64,000 nt of DNA from Promethearchaeota archaeon (GTDB taxonomy: Archaea; Asgardarchaeota; Hermodarchaeia; Hermodarchaeales; Hermodarchaeaceae), in assembly GCA_048939625.1 (NCBI GenBank), contig JBHLPH010000001.1, positions 64,001 to 128,000 of the forward strand, given 5' to 3'. Positions 58,876 through 64,000 of the stretch are shown piece by piece. The first letter of the stretch is position 1; each line of letters starts with the position of its first letter. A program made the translations under genes and the position numbers. The notes below the pieces were generated by a model. It was not told where the DNA came from, searched no databases, and was given only the letters and a program-made list of their open reading frames with translations.

Positions 58876-59634
58876 GTGTTTAACACGTTTGATTATCTGT
58901 GGGAAAGGTGTAACTCCGAAATGTCACAGGAAGAATTTGGTCAAATGTACTGGAACGGCGTACGAGACGCATTACGTATGGCTCAAACGTTTCTCTTTTG
59001 GAAAGAAAAGAACCCAAACGAGGATCGCACAATCGAAACCTTTGTTAGTGAAGCTCTTGAAGCTGTTCGTCAAAAGTGTGCCCCCTGCTTGAAAGAGATT
59101 TTGGGTGTCACGTTTGGAGAAGATGAAGCAGCTGTTGAAGAAATGCTGCCAGGCCTCCAAGAGATTGAAACAGCTCCAGAACCAGCCCCTGAGCCGGTTG
59201 TTGAATCCGAGCCGATTCCAGAACCGATGCCTGAACCAGAGCCTGAAGAGATTCCACCACCCGTCCCTCCTGTTCCTGAGCCTGAAGCAGTCCCCGAGCC
59301 GATTCCAGAACCGGCACCTATTGAAGCACCACCAGTAGCTGCTACTGAACCGGAACCAGAGCTTCCAGTCTTTCCTGCTGAAGAACCAGAAGCCCCAACG
59401 GAACCACCAACATTTGATTTTGGTGAAACAGAACCCGCTCCTGCACCTGCTCCTGAACCAGAGCTTCCAGCAGAACCAACCTTCGAACCTGCACCCGAAT
59501 TCGAAACTCCTGCTGAACCGGTTGCTCCAGCTCCCGTAGAACCAGCACCTGAACCAGCTCCTGCTGAACCTGCGGCTGAGGAATCCCAAGAGGGTGAAGA
59601 AGAAGAACCTAAACGGCGAACCTTCTTCTTCTAA
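58876..59634 (+). CDS. Hypothetical protein: small helical N-domain plus long Pro/Glu-rich disordered tail
   Basis: About 80-aa folded N-terminus with CAPC, about 160 aa of PEPE/PAPE low complexity, ends KRRTFFF. Confidence 0.75.
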   Translation: MFNTFDYLWERCNSEMSQEEFGQMYWNGVRDALRMAQTFLFWKEKNPNEDRTIETFVSEALEAVRQKCAPCLKEILGVTFGEDEAAVEEMLPGLQEIETAPEPAPEPVVESEPIPEPMPEPEPEEIPPPVPPVPEPEAVPEPIPEPAPIEAPPVAATEPEPELPVFPAEEPEAPTEPPTFDFGETEPAPAPAPEPELPAEPTFEPAPEFETPAEPVAPAPVEPAPEPAPAEPAAEESQEGEEEEPKRRTFFF

Positions 59635-59678
59635 ATCATACACTCCCGTTCAGGCGACGTTCACACCCTGAAAGCATA

Positions 59679-60065
59679 TTAGGTTGACTTAAATAACTGC
59701 TGAAGCTGTTTTGCTGCCTGCTCAACCAAAATTAGTATTGCTCCCAGATGCTGCCGTTTGAATACGGCCACAAAGACCATATCATCATTCACCCCTCGCA
59801 GGATTAAACTCCCACCCTCAGTATCCAAGATTAATCGAGCAGGGGTCAGTGTAAACAGCTTGTCTGACAAGTCCACCGACACGTTGAGGAGAGTAGCCAA
59901 ACTCGCCGAGAGAAAGGTTTCATCTACATGCGCCCGAATTCGTGCCGTTACCGGTAACCCGGTCTTCATTAGCAACACAACTGCAATAACTCCCCCTGCC
60001 CGCTCATCAAATGTCTCCAACACTTTCTCTACATCCGCCATCAAACGATCTGCATCAACCGTCAC
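59679..60065 (-). CDS. Roadblock/LC7 (MglB-like) domain protein
   Basis: GVIAVVLLMKTGLPV..SASLATL..LILDTEGGSLIL..LGAIL pattern; GTG start after GGGGTG. Confidence 0.85.
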   Translation of the reverse strand: MTVDADRLMADVEKVLETFDERAGGVIAVVLLMKTGLPVTARIRAHVDETFLSASLATLLNVSVDLSDKLFTLTPARLILDTEGGSLILRGVNDDMVFVAVFKRQHLGAILILVEQAAKQLQQLFKST

Positions 60066-60210
60066 ATAAACACCCCAGGCACAGTAACCATGCACTCCTA
60101 GGATAGAACCGTGTTTAAGAGTTTGGGCAAGTCCTAAAGACCACATAGCAAAGAATCAAGAGAAACTAAAATCGGATCAGAGGCAAAATATTCGCGCCTT
60201 AGATCTTTCA

Positions 60211-60528
60211 CTAAAGAATCTCAGCAAGCTCTTTCTCAATCTCTTCCCGAGGCCAAACACCGATATGTGTCTGAATCGGTTTTCCATCCTTAAACAAAAT
60301 CAATGTCGGAATCGCTCGAATCTGAAAGCGCATCGACGTCTCTGGCGCTTGATCCGCATCAATCTTCGCGATCGCTACACGACTCTTATCCAACTCCTTT
60401 TCCAAACTCTCCAATATAGGTGTCTGCATCTTACAGGGACCACACCACACTGTGTAGATGTCAAGTATTACGATTTCGTTTTTGTTGAGGAAGGCATCGA
60501 TTGTGGCATCAGTTAGTTCTTCGACCAT
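60211..60528 (-). CDS. trxA: Thioredoxin
   Basis: WCGPCK active site, IPTL cis-Pro. Confidence 0.95.
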   Translation of the reverse strand: MVEELTDATIDAFLNKNEIVILDIYTVWCGPCKMQTPILESLEKELDKSRVAIAKIDADQAPETSMRFQIRAIPTLILFKDGKPIQTHIGVWPREEIEKELAEIL

Positions 60529-60635
60529 GGTGATTACCTCGGTGGTTGGTTGGACTGTATCTTTTCCTCTTTATGGTTTGCCCTTTTTCGGTTTCTTCTT
60601 TTTCTTGTTCGATGCTGATATTGGATATTGTAGAG

Positions 60636-61154
60636 TTAGGCATTTTCAAGAAGTGTCGAGATGTTTAAGCCTTTGCCGATGTCACCGAGGTAGCGGATGA
60701 ATTGGATGAGAAGTTGGTCGAGCCCAAGAGCGCGGTGGGCTTGGGTGGGAAAGACCGGTGCCTGGATATTCATTAGAGTTTCGATTTGTTTAGGATGGAT
60801 AGCACCGGGGAGGTCTTGTTTGTTCGCGGCAACCGCGACTGGTGGTGGGTTGGGTCCGAAAATCTCGCGAAGATAGCGTTCGCCTTGGATAATTGTGTGG
60901 GGATTAGCACTGTCGACGACGAGGATGACACCGTCGGTTCCGCTGGAGAGGGCTTTGCGGACTAGACCAAATTGTTGGAGACCAGGGCTGCCAAATAGAT
61001 GCGCTTTGAACTCGCGATATTCAAGCGTCCCAAAATCTAAGCAAACCGTGCAACCGTTTACCTCGGTGGAAATGGCGTGATTGCTGACGCTTTGAATAAG
61101 AGTGGTTTTGCCGACGCCTTGAGGTCCTATGACAAGGATTTTCAGATGCCGCAT
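60636..61154 (-). CDS. Small GTPase (MglA-like / Ras superfamily)
   Basis: G1 GPQGVGKTT, TVCLDFG, G3 GSPGLQQF, G4 NKQD. Confidence 0.9.
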   Translation of the reverse strand: MRHLKILVIGPQGVGKTTLIQSVSNHAISTEVNGCTVCLDFGTLEYREFKAHLFGSPGLQQFGLVRKALSSGTDGVILVVDSANPHTIIQGERYLREIFGPNPPPVAVAANKQDLPGAIHPKQIETLMNIQAPVFPTQAHRALGLDQLLIQFIRYLGDIGKGLNISTLLENA

Positions 61155-61212
61155 GGTGCTACCCCCTAATGGTTAAGCCGTGGGTTGTGTGGTCTTAAGC
61201 CTTAAGGTTTAT

Positions 61213-61483
61213 GTTTTCACGCGATTTCCGCACTCTTTAGTGGAGTACCGAAGTAAATGGGTCGCTGGAAATCCGCGCGGTAACAGCAAGCGTGTTGGGC
61301 GATGGAGGGATGTTGAGGTTGGAAAATTGGGATTAGTTCATGCGAGGAGGAGGGGAGGGAAATATTGGGATAGGAGGGAGTTCCGGGTTCCTCAACATCC
61401 TATCTCCGCGGTTTTGCGTATTGGGGCTTTTTGTCGGCTTGTTACTCTTAAGCCTTACGGCTCAGAGATCATAACGTGAAGAC
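61213..61483. ncRNA. Candidate structured non-coding RNA (unassigned)
   Basis: Nested long-range stems: 61213-61221/61475-61483, 61280-61291/61437-61445, and a perfect 11 bp at 61308-61318/61390-61400; local tetraloop hairpins. Strand unresolved. Confidence 0.55.
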
Positions 61484-61513
61484 GCGAAAGGAAGCTCATT
61501 TCTAAGCAGGAAT

Positions 61514-61843
61514 TCATTCCTCGACGTAAACGACGGTTACGTATTCGATGATTGCAAATCGGTCTTTGCTTCGTGAAATGAGTTTGAGATCCTCGCGAAG
61601 AGCATTTAGGTGAAGGAACCGTTTCAGATAGGTTCGTAGCTGGGTTTTACTTGGGTGGTTGGCAGTGTCACTTCGTATATAGACTTCGTTGTCGGATACT
61701 GTAACTGTGATGTCATTAGCGAGTTTCTCGCTGAGAAAGTTAACCATTGCTGTACCTAGCTCATTGCCATGATTGAGCATATTTTGGATTTCAATAGTGA
61801 TGAAAGTTTTACTAGATTCTGGTTCCGTTGTGGATTTGGACAT
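61514..61843 (-). CDS. rpl22e: Ribosomal protein eL22 (L22e)-like
   Basis: ITIEI...NFLSEKL...SKTQLRTYLKRFLHLNALREDLKLISRSKDRFAI matches the eL22 pattern (SKRYLKYLTKKYLKK..LRDWLRVVA..K..YEL). Confidence 0.75.
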   Translation of the reverse strand: MSKSTTEPESSKTFITIEIQNMLNHGNELGTAMVNFLSEKLANDITVTVSDNEVYIRSDTANHPSKTQLRTYLKRFLHLNALREDLKLISRSKDRFAIIEYVTVVYVEE

Positions 61844-61906
61844 GAATTTGGTCCCTCAGATGCAAGGATAATGCCCTTACCAAAAGTATGCCCCTTAAAA
61901 GTTCTC

Positions 61907-62482
61907 CTATTCTTCACGCTCAGAGTTTTCCCGACTTTTGGAGGAAGGAGAGAGGTGAAGGGGTGGAGGATTGTCTTCGCGGAGTGCCTGGCGTTTTTCT
62001 CGCCACCGGATTATACGTGGAGACAGAGCTCCGAATCCAAGTGTATATCCACTGTAGAGAATGACGACAATGAGATAATAGAATAGGTTGAAGGAGGAGA
62101 GGACAAATCCGACAGCATAACCCAAGAGGAACCCGGTGAGGGCACGAACGGGATTGCGACTTTCTCGTATCCGTAGCGTTTGAGTGGACCAATCGATGAC
62201 CGCAGGCAGGCTTATGATAAAAGCCCCAAGGAAGGTTATAGGGTTGATAGGAATGTAGACTAGGAAGATATGGATGTAGAGTGCAAGAACGATTCCGATT
62301 AGGAGGGCAGAGCATCGAGCACAAATATGGAGCGTGTGCCCACGAAAAGAGATGGACCAGGTTCGATGCATATAGGGTGGATCGTGATGACTGATAAGTA
62401 AGTGGAGTGTATCGAGGATCCGACGTTTTCGTGATTTTCGGGGAGGTTGTTCGGTCACATGAACACCTACATTCGCAACCAC
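61907..62482 (-). CDS. DUF2085-family membrane protein
   Basis: SHH, ICARC, PAVIDWSTQ, RESRNPVRALTGFLLG. Confidence 0.85.
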   Translation of the reverse strand: MVANVGVHVTEQPPRKSRKRRILDTLHLLISHHDPPYMHRTWSISFRGHTLHICARCSALLIGIVLALYIHIFLVYIPINPITFLGAFIISLPAVIDWSTQTLRIRESRNPVRALTGFLLGYAVGFVLSSFNLFYYLIVVILYSGYTLGFGALSPRIIRWREKRQALREDNPPPLHLSPSSKSRENSEREE

Positions 62483-62560
62483 TACACAGAGGTTAAGAGA
62501 TTAAAAATTCACTACTCAACCTAGGGTTTCTTGTAGGGGTGAATGCTAGTATCTTGAAAG

Positions 62561-62956
62561 GTGATTTGGGTGTCCCCCTCTAGCCTGCTCGCGACTGGAG
62601 TAGCCATTGTTGTTCGGGGAAAACTTCTATTGACCTGCGAAACTGAAAAGGGTGCACTTCAGCTACCAGGGTATTTCGTCGAAGAAGGGAAAAGAGCAAT
62701 TAGTCTTCTTCAAACATTTCTTTCAAAGAACAATCTAAACGAACTCCCCCAACAAACTCTCTATATTTCGGAGATTAAGTTGCGTCATCCAAAAAAAACC
62801 GAGGTTACCGGAGTGGTGACAGTGATTAATCTCCCCAAAGCACTTGGAACTAAAATGCTCAACTGTAAATATTTGACCGGAAAACAGCTCTCAAGAGACG
62901 AGAGAGCTAATGGTTTGCTAAAAGCCGTTGCCCAATGGCTCAGTAATAGTCTTTAG
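62561..62956 (+). CDS. Degenerate NUDIX-fold protein
   Basis: GKLLL..LQLPGYFVEEG present, but the REUxEE helix is missing. Confidence 0.55.
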   Translation: MIWVSPSSLLATGVAIVVRGKLLLTCETEKGALQLPGYFVEEGKRAISLLQTFLSKNNLNELPQQTLYISEIKLRHPKKTEVTGVVTVINLPKALGTKMLNCKYLTGKQLSRDERANGLLKAVAQWLSNSL

Positions 62957-63474
62957 GCGTCAATGAGAATCCGTAACAATTCAACACTGAAGTAACCCTT
63001 AGCGCGAAGATCCTCCAACGGGGTGTGGAGCTTAATCGACACATAAGCTGCTTCCCCTTTTACACCGATCATTTTCTTGTAGGTCTTTTTAAATTCGAGT
63101 AAAGAGGTCGTCATAGCTAGGGCACCTGCAGCTTCTTCAGATATTCGAATGAAGACATCGGATTGAATACTCCGTTCAAGAACAAGTCCCATCGGTTGAA
63201 CACCTTCCTTCTTCATGAGGAGAGGTTCTCCCCCAACGATGAGTTGCAAGCGGGTATCTTTCAAGGCCTTTGTTTTTTCACTAACATCAGGATCAGCAAG
63301 AAGTTCATCTAGGCGTTGGATATAGGCTTCAACGGGATTTGTCAATGACACTATGGAGGTTTCAGGGAGAACGGATTCCATTGGAGAAGGAGTTGATGAA
63401 AAGTCATCGTCCCTAGCCTGCGGAGTAGTTTGTTGTTTGGTCTCGTCTGATTTCTTCCGTTTAAACCATCGCAT
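62953..63474 (-). CDS. Hypothetical protein (possible SCP2-like fold after disordered N-terminus)
   Basis: 173-aa ORF; beta-beta-beta-SDVFIRISE-helix pattern. Confidence 0.6.
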   Translation of the reverse strand: MRWFKRKKSDETKQQTTPQARDDDFSSTPSPMESVLPETSIVSLTNPVEAYIQRLDELLADPDVSEKTKALKDTRLQLIVGGEPLLMKKEGVQPMGLVLERSIQSDVFIRISEEAAGALAMTTSLLEFKKTYKKMIGVKGEAAYVSIKLHTPLEDLRAKGYFSVELLRILIDA

Positions 63475-63652
63475 GATCTTTCATTCCTAAAATACTCTCT
63501 TTGCCGTGTGACGGTTAGGGAAGACGGTGGAAGCCATAAAAGCCTGCCGAAGTCCATTTCGAAATCTGGCTGAATAACAGGAAAACGCAGAATCCCCAGA
63601 AAAGAGCGGATTTTATAACCGCTATTATTCCAATAGTCAATGGTGAACTACC

Positions 63653-63943
63653 TTGACGAAAGTAACTGAAATCGTCCACTTTTTTGAACAAAAAATCTCA
63701 TCAATCCTGACAGTTGATGGTTTCCTCCCGGAAACAAAAAAGGACCGATTCGTAAAGGAAGGGGGTTTCTTCATTCGTGTCGCTGATGGTGATGGCAATG
63801 CACAAACCATCAAACTAAGTGATACAGAAATGACCACCCTAATACAGGACGTTAAACTTGCCTTGGAGAACCACCGACACCATAAACTCCAGCTATATGC
63901 TGAAATCGATGATCGCCAACGATCTAGTGCAAGCCAGGACTAA
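63653..63943 (+). CDS. Hypothetical protein
   Basis: 96-aa ORF with GGTGA SD before TTG; beta strands followed by one long helix. Confidence 0.65.
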   Translation: MTKVTEIVHFFEQKISSILTVDGFLPETKKDRFVKEGGFFIRVADGDGNAQTIKLSDTEMTTLIQDVKLALENHRHHKLQLYAEIDDRQRSSASQD

Positions 63944-63950
63944 ACGGAAT

Positions 63951-64000
63951 TCAGCTTTTTGCATGCTTGGCCATGTCGTGAAGGACCTTCTTGGGATCCT
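63951..64000 (-). CDS. C-terminal fragment of a gene entering from beyond the window
   Basis: Reads ...DPKKVLHDMAKHAKS*; resembles the last helix of TIM-barrel enzymes such as archaeal TPI, but too short to assign. Confidence 0.35.
   Translation of the reverse strand, partial: DPKKVLHDMAKHAKS

Noticed and set aside
58972-59643. 223-aa R/F/W-rich antisense ORF
   Set aside because: Shadow of the Pro/Glu codon repeats on the coding strand.
534-61154. A proto-CaaX prenylation pathway (prenyltransferase repeats, HExxH protease, ICMT-like methyltransferase, small GTPase)
   Set aside because: The repeat protein is exported, no alpha subunit is seen, the genes are scattered over 60 kb, the GTPase ends LENA (no CaaX), and ICMT/PEMT-family genes are common in prokaryotes.
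61180-61479. 99-aa plus-strand ORF
   Set aside because: Composition reflects G-rich structured DNA; no SD or family motif; likely spurious.
61213-61483. RNase P RNA or SRP RNA
   Set aside because: No GAGGAAAGUCC/ACAGAA..GGCUUA P4 pair and no SRP helix-8 CAGG..GNRA..AGCA motif on either strand by eye; a highly divergent version cannot be excluded without Infernal.

Overview
Gene-dense archaeal chromosome segment, most likely from an Asgard archaeon. This is inferred from GatDE, archaeal/eukaryotic-type GlyRS, AfpA, an eL22-like ribosomal protein, a Roadblock/LC7 protein and a small GTPase. In order, it holds: a cell-surface cluster headed by a 1641-aa prenyltransferase-repeat/Ig-like membrane-anchored protein; an Lrp-RAM plus EamA-RAM transporter pair; GH3, RimK, a divergent INO1, NUDIX, AfpA and Isf; ABC/MFS transporters; a lipid/glycolipid block (FabH-like, GH5, acyl-CoA synthetase, hydrolase); split MgtE; an SCP2-dehydrogenase-FGGY kinase-aldolase-AOR operon lying between nfnA and nfnB; ppa; an intron-less tRNA-Arg(UCU) with atypical C33; MoaD/SAMP; an internally deleted IS605-family tnpB element; gatDE, glyS, and a Roadblock-thioredoxin-GTPase-eL22 region. 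Best candidate for an undescribed system (41.9-49.5 kb): a P-loop-degenerate KaiC/RecA-like protein, a glutamate dehydrogenase with a tandemly duplicated N-terminal domain, an RHH regulator with four V4R-like domains, and an ACD-GNAT acetyltransferase. Identically spaced TGTACA-type boxes flank the TATA boxes of two promoters there. Second candidate: a ~270-nt highly structured intergenic element between eL22 and a GTPase that carries a natural Q-to-L switch-II substitution. No CRISPR array or rRNA was seen. All family assignments come from motif recognition, not database searches.
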